Notes: generated from the letters alone by a model not told the origin. A stretch of DNA of 64,000 bases from Rhodobiaceae bacterium (GCA_020441905.1 JAGRLG010000029.1:16922-80921), one strand, 5' to 3'; shown: positions 1-10,131, counted from the stretch's first letter. A program made the numbers and translations.

Positions 1-195
1 GTCCTGAATCCATGAAGAAAGACGTGGTCCGGCCCCTGCCCTTCAGCGGCGCCGTGCAGGCGGACTTGTACCCCAGAGCGGGCACAGGTCAATGGCCGCG
101 ATGCGACCGCCGCCGCAAAACTGGTTAACTTGCTGTCAACCAGTGCCAATTAACGTTCCCGATGAGGGGAAAATATATCCGGGGGACGATAGAAG

Positions 196-1626
196 ATGTG
201 GTTGCGCAGAGCAAAGCCGGCCGCCAGCTCAGCCGTGGCGGACGCTGCTCAAGAACATTCCTTTGCGCCGGCGGACGATCCGCATGCGCCGGCATTGGCA
301 AAGCTGGAGATTGCCGGCATCGAACAGGGGCTTCTGGCGCTGCGCGAGGGCCGCTACAATGATGCCCGCGGCCTGCCGGGCCACATAGGCCAATCCATCG
401 AAGCGCTGGCCGACAGCCTCGAAGCCTTCGGCATGGAGACCATCAAGCGCACCGTCGAATCGTCCTGGCAGTCCGGCGAAACGATGATCGCCATCGCTTC
501 CATGGCCACCGATCTGGATGGTGTCAGCAACAATGCCGGCACCATTTCCTCAACCGCCGCCGAGATGTCGCAGACTGTCAGCAACATCGCCCAGATGGGC
601 AATTCCGCCGCCGAGGACGCAGCGGCGGCACGTCATGAAACCGACGAAAGCATTGGCCGTGTCGATACCGCCGGCACCGCCATGAGCACCATCAGCGAAG
701 AGGTGCGCGACATGCGCGAGCGCCTCGATGTGCTCCAGCGCGCCGTCGATCAGATTGCCGACATGACCCAGACCATCGAGGACATTTCGAGCCAGACCAA
801 CCTCCTGGCGCTCAATGCCACCATCGAGGCGGCGCGCGCCGGCGAGGCCGGGCGCGGCTTTGCCGTCGTTGCCAGCGAGGTCAAGGCGCTGTCGCAGCAG
901 ACCGCCAGCGCCACCGAGCAGATCCGCGACCGCACCAATGCGCTGACCAGCGAAATGAGTGCGATGATGTCGGCGATCCAGAAAAACGCCGAGTCGGTCC
1001 AGGGCGCCGAGGAAATCGTCTCCGAAGTCTCCAGCCGCTTCCACGGCGTTGGCGAGCAGATTGCAGGCGTATCCAGCCGCATCAGCGAAATGGCGGCGGC
1101 GCTGGACCAGCAGAAAGGCGCCACCGAGGAAATCTCGAGGGCCATCGGCACAATCGCCGAGGAAGCCAAGCGCAGCCGCGGCACCGCCAAGAAGATCGCC
1201 CAATACTCGTCCCAGACCGGCAACCTGATCGGCCAGCAATTCGCCCAGCTCAATCGTCTCGACATTCACAACGGTCCGCTGGAAATGGCCAAGGCCGAGC
1301 ACATGCTGATCAAGAAGCGCATGGCCGAGGTCATCGCCGGTTTCCGTACCCTCAGCTTCGACAAGGTGCCGGTGTCGACCGAGTGCGCGCTGGCGAAATG
1401 GTCGATGTCGCACCTGCATCCCCAATATCGCGAAAGCGCGCAGCACAACGCCCTCAAGGACGTGCACAAGCGCTTCCACGATACCGCCCGTGCCGTACTC
1501 GCCGACTGCAACGAGGGTAGACAGGCGCAGGCCAGGGAAAAGTTCAGATTGCTCGACGGCCTGCTCGAGGAACTCGTCGCCGCCATCGACCGGCTCGAGG
1601 CAACGGCGAAAGAACGGATCGCCTGA
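196..1626 (+). CDS. Soluble methyl-accepting chemotaxis protein with C-terminal CZB domain
   Basis: 476-aa ORF. It carries the canonical MCP signalling hairpin '[40 protein letters not shown]'. No hydrophobic TM segment is visible, so it is predicted cytoplasmic. The C-terminal tail carries a zinc-binding-type H...C...HxxxH pattern. Confidence 0.85.
   Translation: MWLRRAKPAASSAVADAAQEHSFAPADDPHAPALAKLEIAGIEQGLLALREGRYNDARGLPGHIGQSIEALADSLEAFGMETIKRTVESSWQSGETMIAIASMATDLDGVSNNAGTISSTAAEMSQTVSNIAQMGNSAAEDAAAARHETDESIGRVDTAGTAMSTISEEVRDMRERLDVLQRAVDQIADMTQTIEDISSQTNLLALNATIEAARAGEAGRGFAVVASEVKALSQQTASATEQIRDRTNALTSEMSAMMSAIQKNAESVQGAEEIVSEVSSRFHGVGEQIAGVSSRISEMAAALDQQKGATEEISRAIGTIAEEAKRSRGTAKKIAQYSSQTGNLIGQQFAQLNRLDIHNGPLEMAKAEHMLIKKRMAEVIAGFRTLSFDKVPVSTECALAKWSMSHLHPQYRESAQHNALKDVHKRFHDTARAVLADCNEGRQAQAREKFRLLDGLLEELVAAIDRLEATAKERIA
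1270..1623 (+). other. CZB (chemoreceptor zinc-binding) domain of the MCP
   Basis: '[12 protein letters not shown] ... [11 protein letters not shown] ... [12 protein letters not shown]' fits the CZB spacing: first His, then a Cys-x-L-x-x-W segment, then HxxxH (HKRFH). Confidence 0.6.
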
Positions 1627-1644
1627 AGACGGGCGGTCCGCGGC

Positions 1645-1667
1645 GCCGGCTCACCTCCAGAGCCGGC
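1645..1667. terminator. GC hairpin between the convergent MCP and metE-like genes
   Basis: GCCGGCTC-acctcca-GAGCCGGC, an 8-bp perfect stem. It overlaps the stop codon of the minus-strand gene. There is no U-tract, so terminator function is uncertain. Confidence 0.3.
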
Positions 1668-2817
1668 GGCTTGCCACCTTCGCGCCTTCGACCAGCGACG
1701 CCAGCTTGGCCCACACGATCGAGGGATGGAATTCCTCCGAACCGGCGAAGGTGGCAAAGCCGCAATCGGCGCTGGCCAGAACATTTTCGCGCCCCACCGC
1801 CTGGGCGAAACGCTCGATACGGTCGGCAATCGTCTCCGGGTGCTCGACGACCAGGCTGGAATTGGTGATGACGCCGGGAATGAGCACGGTATCGGCGGGC
1901 AGATCGACCTCGGCCCACACCTTCCACTCATGCTCGTGGCGCGGATTGGCGGCCTCGAAGGAGAAGCCCCCCGCCCTGACCTGGAGCATGATGTCGATCA
2001 TGTCCTTCAGTTCCATATCGTGCACCCGCGGCCCCATATTGATGCCGTAGCAGGTGTGGAAGCGGACCTTTTCGCGCGGAATGCCGCGCAGGGCATGGTT
2101 GAGCGCCTCGACCCTGAGCCGCGCCCATTGGCGGCACTGCTCCACGGAAAGGTCGGGCCGGGTGATGTAATAGGTGACAAGGCGCGGATCGTCGATCTGC
2201 ACGATCAGCCCGGCATCGGTGATGGCCTTGTATTCCTCCGCCATGGCCTCGGCGATTGCGAACAGATAGTCCTCTTCGCTGGAATAATGCAGGTTGGCCT
2301 GCCATTCCTCGACATTTGACGGCGACACCGAGGGCAGGAACAACTCGCGGTAGTCCAGTCCCTCGGCGGCCCTTTTGAGGTTCTCGATATCGGCGGCGAT
2401 CTGGTTGTGGCCGGTGTAGCGGATCGGCCCGGTACAGGCCAGATGCACCGCCAGCGCCGAAGCCTTGGTCGAACTCCGTGCCGCCTTTTCATAGAATTCG
2501 GGGAAACTGCGCGCTTCGCGCGTCTCCCCCCAGGGGCTGCCCGACGGCGCCGCCGCGTTGCGCTCGAAGCCGCCCAGCCGGTCATTGACATAATTGACGA
2601 AACTCGGCTTTCCGACCTCGCCATCGGTGATGACATCGAGGCCGGTTTCGACCTGGCGGCGCACGCATTCGCCCACCGCGTCGCGAACCCGCGCCGCGAA
2701 AGCCGCCTCATCGCCCCGCGAGCCGGACATGCGCGCATTGAGCATTTCGAGCAGATCGTCGGGCCGTGGCAGGCTGCCGACATGGGTGGTCAGGATCCGG
2801 TCGGTGCTGCGCTGCAT
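1651..2817 (-). CDS. Cobalamin-independent methionine synthase family protein (MetE C-terminal-domain-like, 'methionine synthase II')
   Basis: 388-aa ORF. The N-terminus 'RILTTHVGSLPRPDDLLEML' and later 'HTCYGN'-like 'RFHTCYGINMG' and 'ASADCGF' are typical of the MetE-C/UROD-like zinc methyltransferase family. A GGGGGAGA Shine-Dalgarno (SD) sequence precedes the ATG. Confidence 0.7.
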   Translation of the reverse strand: MQRSTDRILTTHVGSLPRPDDLLEMLNARMSGSRGDEAAFAARVRDAVGECVRRQVETGLDVITDGEVGKPSFVNYVNDRLGGFERNAAAPSGSPWGETREARSFPEFYEKAARSSTKASALAVHLACTGPIRYTGHNQIAADIENLKRAAEGLDYRELFLPSVSPSNVEEWQANLHYSSEEDYLFAIAEAMAEEYKAITDAGLIVQIDDPRLVTYYITRPDLSVEQCRQWARLRVEALNHALRGIPREKVRFHTCYGINMGPRVHDMELKDMIDIMLQVRAGGFSFEAANPRHEHEWKVWAEVDLPADTVLIPGVITNSSLVVEHPETIADRIERFAQAVGRENVLASADCGFATFAGSEEFHPSIVWAKLASLVEGAKVASRRLWR

Positions 2818-2930
2818 GTCTCCCCCTTTTTGCCATTCGATCGCCCTTGACCCGGCGCGAACCTAGCCAAACGAAAAAGGATTGCGCCGGCAATTGCAAA
2901 GGAATTCGGCCCAAGGGCGGAAACCGGCAG

Positions 2931-2962
2931 GCAAAACAAAACGGGCGCCAGCGACGCCCGTT
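2931..2962 (-). terminator. Rho-independent terminator downstream of the nadABC/small-ORF unit
   Basis: Read on the minus strand: AACGGGCG-tcgctgg-CGCCCGTT followed by TTGTTTTGC. That is an 8-bp GC-rich stem plus a U-rich tail, 60 nt after the stop at 3022. Confidence 0.6.
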
Positions 2963-3021
2963 CTGAAAGCTCCGGTTTCTTGCTCCCGCCGGCCCTGGAG
3001 GGGCGACGGGACGCGGCCAGC

Positions 3022-3234
3022 CTAGAGGGCGTAGCGGTCGATATCGCGTTCCAGCTGGTCGGTCATCATGCCGCCATTCATCTGCGCGAGCTGGGCGATC
3101 TTGCGCTCGGCCTCGCGCTCGCGCGCCTCAACGATAAAGGCCAACACACGCGAGAAAAACCCGCGCTTTGCGGCGCCGCTTTCGGCCCGCGCGGAAAGCT
3201 TTTCGACATGGGAAAAGGTTGCGCTTATAGCCAT
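3022..3234 (-). CDS. Small hypothetical protein (70 aa)
   Basis: Internal ATG of the 3022..3372 ORF, preceded by AGGAG 6 nt upstream (revcomp of 3241-3245). The sequence 'MAISATFSHVEKLSARAESG...ERDIDRYAL' is charged and helical. I recognise no family. Confidence 0.45.
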   Translation of the reverse strand: MAISATFSHVEKLSARAESGAAKRGFFSRVLAFIVEAREREAERKIAQLAQMNGGMMTDQLERDIDRYAL

Positions 3235-3376
3235 GACAATCTCCTGAATGAAGCCCGGCTGATTGCCCGGCCTGTACATTAGCGTTGTCAGGAATATATG
3301 TGGTTGCACCGCACAGCAGAAGTTGCTGCACCGCATTTCAGCCATGCGCCATACGCATGGCTCTGTCATCAAGATG

Positions 3377-4240
3377 TCATCCGCGATGATCGAGGCCGAT
3401 GTCCAGCGCCTTGTTGGAATGGGTCAGCCAACCGATCGAAATCAGGTCGACGCCGCTGGCGGCAATGGCGGGCGCGGTTTGCGGCGTGATGCCGCCCGAA
3501 GCCTCGGTGATCGCCCGTCCGGCCACCAGTTCGACCGCGCGGGCCAGTTGCGCCGGTCCCATATTGTCCAGCAGCACGGCGTCGGTGCCCACCTCCAGCG
3601 CCTCCTCGAGCTGCGCCAGGGTATCGACCTCGACCTCGATCTTGACCAGATGCCCGACATGGGCGCGCGCGCCGGCCACCGCCGCGGCAATTCCGCCAGC
3701 GACCGCGATGTGGTTGTCCTTGATCAGCACCGCGTCGTCGAGACCGTAGCGATGGTTGGAGCCGCCGCCGACCCGTACGGCATATTTCTGCACGATACGC
3801 AGGCCGGGAATGGTCTTGCGGGTAGTGACGATGCGGGCGCGATGGCCGCGCACGGCATCGACGATCTGGCGCGTGGTCGAGGCAATGCCGCTCAAATGGG
3901 AAAGGAAATTGAGCGCTACCCGTTCCCCGGTCAGTATGCCGCGTGCCGGTCCCCTGACATGGGCGATGACATCGCCGGGTCCAATCGCGGCGCCGTCGCC
4001 ACGCACAGTCTCGAAGTCGATTTCCGGCTCGATCAGGTTGAAGGCGATACGCGCCAGATCCAGCCCGGCCACCACGCCTTGCTGGCGCGCGACCAGCGCG
4101 GTTTCAGCGCGCGCCTCCAGCGGCACGATCGAGTCCGTGGTCACGTCTCCGGCGCGGCCGAGATCCTCCAGAAGAGCCGCCCGCACCATGGGTTCGATGA
4201 GGATGGGGGCGAGCGGGGCAATGGTCATGGGCGGGTTCAA
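3377..4240 (-). CDS. nadC: Nicotinate-nucleotide pyrophosphorylase (carboxylating), quinolinate phosphoribosyltransferase
   Basis: 287 aa. It has the typical NadC sequence ('RKTIPGLR', 'NHRYGLDDAVLIKDNH', 'IEVEVDTLAQLEEAL', 'ASGGIT'). It overlaps the nadB stop by 4 nt. Confidence 0.95.
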   Translation of the reverse strand: MNPPMTIAPLAPILIEPMVRAALLEDLGRAGDVTTDSIVPLEARAETALVARQQGVVAGLDLARIAFNLIEPEIDFETVRGDGAAIGPGDVIAHVRGPARGILTGERVALNFLSHLSGIASTTRQIVDAVRGHRARIVTTRKTIPGLRIVQKYAVRVGGGSNHRYGLDDAVLIKDNHIAVAGGIAAAVAGARAHVGHLVKIEVEVDTLAQLEEALEVGTDAVLLDNMGPAQLARAVELVAGRAITEASGGITPQTAPAIAASGVDLISIGWLTHSNKALDIGLDHRG

Positions 4241-5853
4241 GCTCCGATGGCGACGGCGCTCTGGCGCTCGAGGATGTTGCGAGCCATCGCCTCGGCGTCG
4301 TGGAGGCGCAGGGTAAGCCGGTGGCCCCAGGCCGGGTCATGGGCCGGAAAATCGCGCCGCGCATGGCTGCCGCGGCTTTCCTCGCGCATCAGCGCCGCCG
4401 CCGCCACTATCAGCGCCACCGCCGCCGGGTCGGCCGCCGGCGAATTGCTTTTGGCCAGCGGCGCCAGGGCGGCGACAGCCGATTCCAGCAAGGAGCGCTC
4501 GCGCAGCACGCCGACCTTTTCGTCCATGATCTGGCGCACCGGCCCGGCATCGGGCGCCGGCGGCAGTTCCATGGCGGGCAGCAGCGCCGGGACGCGGACG
4601 CGGGTTTGCGCCGCGATGACGCTCTCGGCGACAAAGCGGGCGCATACGGCGGCCTCGAGAAGCGAATTGCTGGCCAGCCGGTTGGCGCCATGCAGCCCGG
4701 TGGCCGCCGCCTCGCCGCAGGCCCACAGTCCTGCCAGCGAACTGCGCCCATTGGCATCGACGGCAATGCCGCCCTGGGCGTAATGGGCGGCGGGAACGAC
4801 CGGTATCGGCTGGCGCGCCGGATCGATGCCGGCGGCGCGGCACTTGGCGGCAATGGATGGGAAACGGGCCTCGAAGCGTGGCCCCAGCGCCCGGCGCGCA
4901 TCGAGAAAGGTGCGGTGCCCCTTTGCCCGGTGGTCGAAAACCGCCCGCGCGACAATGTCGCGCGGCTCGAGCTCGGCCCGGCCCTGGCCGGCCAGAAACC
5001 GGTCCCCTGTCTCGTCGATGAGGATGGCGCCCTCGCCCCGCACCGCCTCGCTGACCAGCGGCATCGGATCAAGTCCGGTATCGAGCGCGGTGGGGTGAAA
5101 CTGCACGAATTCCATGTCCGCCAGCGCCGCCCCTGCGCGCGCCGCCAGCGCCAGGCCCTGGCCGATGGCGCCGCGCGGGTTTGTGGTCTGGCGATAAAGC
5201 CCGCCAAGGCCGCCGCTGGCCATCACGATATGGCGGCTGGCAAGGGTCAGCGGCCCCTGCGGACCGGCGGCCAGCAGCCCGACCACCGCGCCGTCATGGG
5301 TCAGCAGGCGGCGCGCCTCGACCCCTTCCATCAGCGTGATCGAGGGCGCGCTGCGTGCCGCTTCGATCAGCGCGCGCATGATCTCCTGCCCGGTGCCGTC
5401 GCCCTTGGCATGGACGATGCGGTGGCGGCTGTGGGCGGCCTCGAGGCCAAATTCCAGCGCCCCGGCGGCATCGCGGTCGAAGGCAACGCCGCGCCGCGCC
5501 AGTTCCTCGATCGCCTCGCGCGCGGCCGAAGTAATACGCGATACCGTCTGCGGATCGCACAAGCCGTCGCCGGCGGCAAGGGTGTCGGCGGCATGGAGGG
5601 CGGGGGCATCATCGGGGCCTAGGGCGGCGGCAATTCCGCCCTGTGCCCAGCCGCTGGCCGCCCCGGTGCCCAGCGGCGCCTTCGTCAGCACGATCGCCGG
5701 ATGGGGCGCCAGATGCAGCGCCGTCATCAGCCCGGCGAGGCCGGCGCCGACAATGATCACCGGTTCGTTGAAATCGGTGAGAAAACCGGGAGCAAGATGG
5801 GCCAAGGGAGCGCCCTCAGATTTCCAGCATGCGCTCGACGGCAAGGCGGGCAC
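4237..5853 (-). CDS. nadB: L-aspartate oxidase
   Basis: FAD dinucleotide fold '[17 protein letters not shown]' and the fumarate-reductase/L-Asp-oxidase core ('AQGGIAA', 'HPTAL', 'GLWACGEAA', '[10 protein letters not shown]'). The longest ORF overlaps nadA by 38 nt. A TTG at 5805 preceded by GAGGG would remove that overlap and may be the true start. Confidence 0.93.
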   Translation of the reverse strand: MPALPSSACWKSEGAPLAHLAPGFLTDFNEPVIIVGAGLAGLMTALHLAPHPAIVLTKAPLGTGAASGWAQGGIAAALGPDDAPALHAADTLAAGDGLCDPQTVSRITSAAREAIEELARRGVAFDRDAAGALEFGLEAAHSRHRIVHAKGDGTGQEIMRALIEAARSAPSITLMEGVEARRLLTHDGAVVGLLAAGPQGPLTLASRHIVMASGGLGGLYRQTTNPRGAIGQGLALAARAGAALADMEFVQFHPTALDTGLDPMPLVSEAVRGEGAILIDETGDRFLAGQGRAELEPRDIVARAVFDHRAKGHRTFLDARRALGPRFEARFPSIAAKCRAAGIDPARQPIPVVPAAHYAQGGIAVDANGRSSLAGLWACGEAAATGLHGANRLASNSLLEAAVCARFVAESVIAAQTRVRVPALLPAMELPPAPDAGPVRQIMDEKVGVLRERSLLESAVAALAPLAKSNSPAADPAAVALIVAAAALMREESRGSHARRDFPAHDPAWGHRLTLRLHDAEAMARNILERQSAVAIGA

Positions 5854-6808
5854 GCGCCGCCACCGCCGGGTCGATGGTGACCTCGTGGGTCATGGTTTCC
5901 AGCGAGCGCCGGATCTTTGGCAGCGTGATCCGCTTCATGTGCGGGCACATATTGCAGGGCCGGATGAAATCGATTTCCGGATACTGCGCCGCGACATTGT
6001 CGCTCATCGAGCATTCGGTCACCAGCACCACCTTCTTGGGCCGTTCGCGGCCGACAAAATCGATCATGTTGGCGGTCGAGCCGGAAAAGTCGGCCTCGGC
6101 CACGACCGAGGGCGGGCATTCGGGATGGGCGACCACGACCAGGCCGTCATGGGCCTCGCGCATCTCGCGGATTTCCGCCGGGGTGAACTGTTCGTGAACC
6201 TCGCAGCGCCCCGGCCAGGTGATGATCTCGACCCCGGTTTCGGCGGCGATATTCTGCGCCAGATATTCGTCGGGCAGCATGATGACGCGCGCAACGCCAA
6301 GGGATTCGATCACCTTGCGGGCGTTGCCGGACGTGCAGCAGATGTCCGATTCCGCCTTCACCGCCGCCGAGGTGTTGACATAGGTCACCACCGGCACGCC
6401 GGGATATTTCGCCCGCAGGCCGCGAATGTCTTCGGCGGTGATCGAGGAAGCGAGCGAGCACCCGGCCTCAAGATCCGGAATAAGCACGCGCTTTTCCGGA
6501 TTGAGCAGCTTGGCCGTCTCGGCCATGAAATGAACGCCGGCGAGAACGATGGTCTCGGCATCGACAGTCATCGCCTCGCGCGCCAGCGCCAGGCTGTCGC
6601 CGGAAATATCGGCGACGCAATGGAAGATCTCGGGGGTCTGGTAGTTATGGGCCAGGATGACCGCGTTGCGGCTTTCCTTGAGGGTCAGGATGGCGTCGAT
6701 ATCCTTGGCGAATACCGGCCATTCCACCGCCGGGATCAGCGTCTTCACACGCTCGTAGAGCGGCGCGGTGCGCGCCAGCGGGTCGGAAGGATTGACTGCT
6801 ATGTTCAT
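5816..6808 (-). CDS. nadA: Quinolinate synthase
   Basis: 330 aa, with 'ILAHNYQ', 'VHFMAETAK', 'CSLA', 'YVNTSA' and 'HPECP...' motifs of NadA. It is the first gene of the nadA-nadB-nadC operon. Confidence 0.95.
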   Translation of the reverse strand: MNIAVNPSDPLARTAPLYERVKTLIPAVEWPVFAKDIDAILTLKESRNAVILAHNYQTPEIFHCVADISGDSLALAREAMTVDAETIVLAGVHFMAETAKLLNPEKRVLIPDLEAGCSLASSITAEDIRGLRAKYPGVPVVTYVNTSAAVKAESDICCTSGNARKVIESLGVARVIMLPDEYLAQNIAAETGVEIITWPGRCEVHEQFTPAEIREMREAHDGLVVVAHPECPPSVVAEADFSGSTANMIDFVGRERPKKVVLVTECSMSDNVAAQYPEIDFIRPCNMCPHMKRITLPKIRRSLETMTHEVTIDPAVAARARLAVERMLEI

Positions 6809-6818
6809 GGCCCCACCT

Positions 6819-6837
6819 TATACTCATATTGAGTATT
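6819..6837. promoter_or_regulatory. Palindromic operator candidate 1 upstream of nadA (NadQ-box-like)
   Basis: TATACTCA-TAT-TGAGTAT(T): 7-bp perfect inverted arms (ATACTCA / TGAGTAT), 11 nt upstream of the nadA ATG. Confidence 0.5.
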
Positions 6838-6879
6838 TACTAGGTCAAAGAAAGCGGGCAACCGATGCCCATAGCTTCA

Positions 6880-6898
6880 TATGCTACATATGAGCATA
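6880..6898. promoter_or_regulatory. Palindromic operator candidate 2 upstream of nadA (NadQ-box-like)
   Basis: TATGCT-acatatg-AGCATA. It has the same TATRCT-N7-AGYATA architecture as site 1, with centres 61 bp apart. Confidence 0.45.
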
Positions 6899-6932
6899 AG
6901 AATCAAGTGCGATTTGTCTCCGCCCGCTCCCG

Positions 6933-7009
6933 GCCAGCCTTCAGCCAGCCTTCAGCCAGCCTTCAGCCAGCCCTCAGCCCGCTCCTAGCCAGCCTTCAGC
7001 CAGCCCCGG
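6933..7009. repeat. 11-bp tandem repeat (GCCAGCCTTCA)
   Basis: Four consecutive units at 6933-6976 (the last reads GCCAGCCCTCA). After an 11-nt gap there are two more units at 6988-7009, which cover the ynfA stop codon. Confidence 0.8.
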
Positions 7010-7328
7010 CGCGCGGACCGAACAGGATGATGGCGGCGCCGATGAGACAAAAGGCGGCGCCGGCGCTGTCCCAGCGGTCCGGGCGCACGCCCTCCACGCC
7101 CCATAGCCAGGCCAGCGACGCGGCAATGTAGACGCCGCCATAAGCGGCATAGGCGCGCCCGGCGAAGGGAACCTCGGCCAGGGCAAGCAGCCCGGCAAAG
7201 GCCATCAGCGAGATCACGCCCGGCACCAGCCACCAGATCGGCTTGTCCAGCCTGAACCAGCCCCAGAAGGCGAAACAGCCCGCGATTTCGGCAATCGCTG
7301 CGCCGATATAGGCGGCAATGGAATTCAT
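6996..7328 (-). CDS. ynfA: YnfA family (UPF0060) small inner-membrane protein
   Basis: 110 aa counted from the internal ATG with a GGAGAG SD. '[27 protein letters not shown]...[21 protein letters not shown]' matches the conserved YnfA signature, with four hydrophobic helices. Confidence 0.8.
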   Translation of the reverse strand: MNSIAAYIGAAIAEIAGCFAFWGWFRLDKPIWWLVPGVISLMAFAGLLALAEVPFAGRAYAAYGGVYIAASLAWLWGVEGVRPDRWDSAGAAFCLIGAAIILFGPRAGAG

Positions 7329-7389
7329 CTCTCCCGCCTCCCTGCCCAGACAACGCAAATCGGTGCGGCGGCGCGCGACCAGGCCACGT

Positions 7390-8319
7390 TCAGGCGGAGC
7401 GCGAAAGCGGCAACTGGGTTGCCGCGACGACGCGCTCCAGCAGCACCTCGCGGCGGAAGCGGAACAGCTTGGCCGGGCGCCCGCCGGTTTCCGCCAGCAT
7501 CTTGCCGGTTTCTTCCACCAGGCCCTGCTGGTCGATGAGGCGGCGGAAATTCTGCTTGTGCAGGCGCCGCCCCGCCAGCGCCTCCACCGTGCGCTGCAAT
7601 TGCAGCAGCGTGAAGCTCGGCGGCATCAGTTCGAACACCACCGGGCGGTATTTGATCTTGGCCCTCAGGCGGCCGATCCCGGTGGCCAGGATGCGGCGAT
7701 GGTCGTGCATCATCGCCTCGCCCGGCAGCGGATTGGCAATCGGCTGGCGCCGCCCCGCCGCCGGCACCAGGCGCGCCTCGTAGAGCAGTTCATAGCGTTG
7801 CAGCGCCAGTTCCTCGTTCCAGTTGCGCTCCTCGGCCCCGAAACTGGCTTCGACACGCTGCGCCCGCTCGCGCCGGGTAGCCGCATCGGGGCTGGCGTCG
7901 ATCCATGCCCGGAGCCGGGGCAGGATTTCCCCGCCCAGCATTGCCGGCGCGCCGTCGCGCCAGTCCTCCCACGGCAAAAAGCGGTACCAACTCGCCCAGC
8001 CCGGGCCGTCGCCGCCGGAAGACTTGGTTTCCCGTGTCAGGCCCAGATAGCTGATGGAGATGACGCGTTTCGAGGAATCCAGGGTGCGGTCACGGTCGGC
8101 GAAGGTATAAAGCTGCTCCAGATAACCGAGTGAATGGTGGGTCTGGCGCTCAACCCAGGTGCGCAAGCCGCCCTGCAAGGTGCGGTGCTCGCTCTCCAGC
8201 GGGCCGGACGGCAGCGCCCTGCCGTCGAGAATGGTCAGCACGCGCGGCTCCTCGTCGGTGACCGCCACCAGCACCGCCGTCAGCTCGATCGCCGTGCTAT
8301 TGCGGTCAGCCTCGCCCAA
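7390..8319 (-). CDS. nadQ: Nudix-like / winged-helix transcriptional regulator of NAD synthesis (NadQ, COG4111-type)
   Basis: 309 aa. The N-terminal half is Nudix-fold-like without an intact catalytic Nudix box. The C-terminal part '[27 protein letters not shown]' is wHTH-like. It lies next to nadABC, as described for NadQ in Alpha- and Betaproteobacteria. Confidence 0.65.
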   Translation of the reverse strand: MGEADRNSTAIELTAVLVAVTDEEPRVLTILDGRALPSGPLESEHRTLQGGLRTWVERQTHHSLGYLEQLYTFADRDRTLDSSKRVISISYLGLTRETKSSGGDGPGWASWYRFLPWEDWRDGAPAMLGGEILPRLRAWIDASPDAATRRERAQRVEASFGAEERNWNEELALQRYELLYEARLVPAAGRRQPIANPLPGEAMMHDHRRILATGIGRLRAKIKYRPVVFELMPPSFTLLQLQRTVEALAGRRLHKQNFRRLIDQQGLVEETGKMLAETGGRPAKLFRFRREVLLERVVAATQLPLSRSA

Positions 8320-9064
8320 TTCGCCCCTTCCCGCCGGCTTTGCCCCGGCGCCTCATGAAAATATGTCTCAACCTCAATCGCGGGACTCCGCGTGGCGGCG
8401 GTGGCCGCGAGCCTGCCCCGGCAGCGGCGCCCGGTCACCGGTCATCGAGTCGCCAGTCATCGAGTCGCCGTTCATTATGCCACAATTGCGGCCGCGCCGC
8501 GCCAGAGCCGCGCTGCGCCGCGGTAGATGCCGCGACAATGCCCGGAAACCGCAATACTGGTGAAACCCGTCAGGCAGGGAGCAAAATGCAAGAGGGCGGC
8601 AGGCCCAAACAACGCGGGGGCCGCGCCCAGCGCGGCCCCCATACGCTTCCGGCCTTGGACGTGCCCCGTCAACCGGCCTGTTAAACTCGCTGCCCGCAGG
8701 CCGCCGCCGGCGGCGGCCGCCATCCCCACACCTGGGAGCACCGCGGGACCTAGCGGAAAGTCTTCTACTTCCTTGTCACTTGGGAATTGATCCATATCAA
8801 TTTTTGGATAATACGCACCCCCCTGACACTGCCGCGCACCTGGCGGAACAGTGCCAAAAGGCGCTGCGCCAAAGCGGACCAGGAAAAGGGAAACAAAAAA
8901 GCGGCGGAGCGCTGGTGATATTCAAAAATGTGGCAACTGGACGCACCCGCTGCGCAGTTGACCTAAGGATACTGGCGGTCGATGCCCATATTGTGGCATA
9001 CCTGTACCGGCGGTAATAAAAAAAAGCGCATGCCCGAGGGGGGCGGCAAAGGCCGGAGATACTT

Positions 9065-9820
9065 TTGGAAAGCCACAAGAGAATGTTGCGCATCCTCGAT
9101 CTTTTCGAGGAGCATAATGAGGGCTGGTCGGCAGAACAATTACACGCGGTACTGGGCTATAGCCGGTCGACTCTCTACAGATATCTGAAAATGCTCACGG
9201 ATTCCGGGCTGTTGACCTCGCTTCCGGGCATCGGCTACGCGCTTGGGCCGCGCATTATCGAACTCGACTACCGGATCCGCACCGGCGATCCGCTGATCCG
9301 CGCCGCCAAGCCGCTGATGCAGGAACTGGTCAAGGAGTTCCCCGGCACCGCCCTGCTGTGCCGACTTTATCGCGACAAGGTGCTTTGCGTCCATCAGGAA
9401 AGCGGCAGCGATGCTTTCCAGAGCAATTTCGAGCGCGGCTGCATCCGCCCGCTGTCCAGGGGCGCCGCCTCCCTGATCATACTCGCCAACCTGCCCGCCC
9501 ACCGGCTGCTCCGTTTGCAGCGCGACAACGCGGAAGAATTCGCCAAGGCCGGCCTGGGCGCCGACCTCGCCGCGGTCAGAACCGGACTTAAGAAATACCG
9601 CCAGCGCGGCTGGGCCGAGACCCATGGCCAGGTTACCCCGGGGGGAACGGGAATTGCGGCAGCGCTGTTTGACGGCGGCAACGAAGTTCACGGCAGCCTC
9701 ATCCTGACCACCGCAAGCGACGGGCTGAGCGAGGAGCGCATCCGCACCATTGCCCAGCGCGTCACCTTCTATGCCCGCATCATCAGCAACTCGCTCGGCA
9801 GCACCCGGCACAAGGGCTGA
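9065..9820 (+). CDS. IclR family transcriptional regulator
   Basis: N-terminal wHTH 'RILDLFEEHNEGWSAEQLHAVLGYSRSTLYRYLKMLTDSGLL' plus a C-terminal IclR effector domain. The TTG start at 9065 has a GGAGA SD 7 nt upstream; an alternative ATG lies at 9083. Confidence 0.85.
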   Translation: MESHKRMLRILDLFEEHNEGWSAEQLHAVLGYSRSTLYRYLKMLTDSGLLTSLPGIGYALGPRIIELDYRIRTGDPLIRAAKPLMQELVKEFPGTALLCRLYRDKVLCVHQESGSDAFQSNFERGCIRPLSRGAASLIILANLPAHRLLRLQRDNAEEFAKAGLGADLAAVRTGLKKYRQRGWAETHGQVTPGGTGIAAALFDGGNEVHGSLILTTASDGLSEERIRTIAQRVTFYARIISNSLGSTRHKG

Positions 9821-10131
9821 AGGACGGCTGCGGGGGAACGGGGCGACGACAAGACCGCCGGTAGCCGGGCCGTCCGGGCGCGGCCGGCCGCCAATTTCGC
9901 CGCAGCGCCGGCAAGGCCATTGACCGTTTCGATTTCGTTCATAATCTCCTGACCCGCCGGGGGATCTCGAAGATCCTGTAACCGGCGACCCCGCGCCGTC
10001 CCGGGCATGGCGGAGCGGGCCGGGTCGCCCCGCTGATCGGAGACAAGATCTTGCACAATCGGACTCAAGGCCGGGACGCCGCTACCGCGTCAGCCATCCC
10101 TGCGTCGCCACGCCCGCAGCCGCGCCGCCCC

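Noticed and set aside
120-144. Inverted repeat ACTGGTT-N11-AACCAGT upstream of the MCP gene, considered as a possible operator.
   Set aside because: The arms are short (7 bp), there is a single occurrence, and no regulator is adjacent. The first 195 nt are also truncated context, so there is insufficient evidence.
2818-2930. A riboswitch (cobalamin or SAM-II) in the leader of the MetE-like gene.
   Set aside because: I could not recognise the B12 box or the SAM-II pseudoknot core by eye. The leader is only about 110 nt and is partly occupied by the upstream terminator. An Infernal/Rfam scan would be needed, so I make no claim.
9769-9942. A 57-aa minus-strand ORF with a strong AGGAG SD ('MNEIETVNGLAGAAAKLAAGR...'), partly antisense to the IclR gene 3' end.
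   Set aside because: The sequence is low-complexity and Ala/Arg-rich, overlaps the IclR coding end, and shows no recognisable fold or family. A good SD alone is insufficient. It could be revisited with ribosome profiling.
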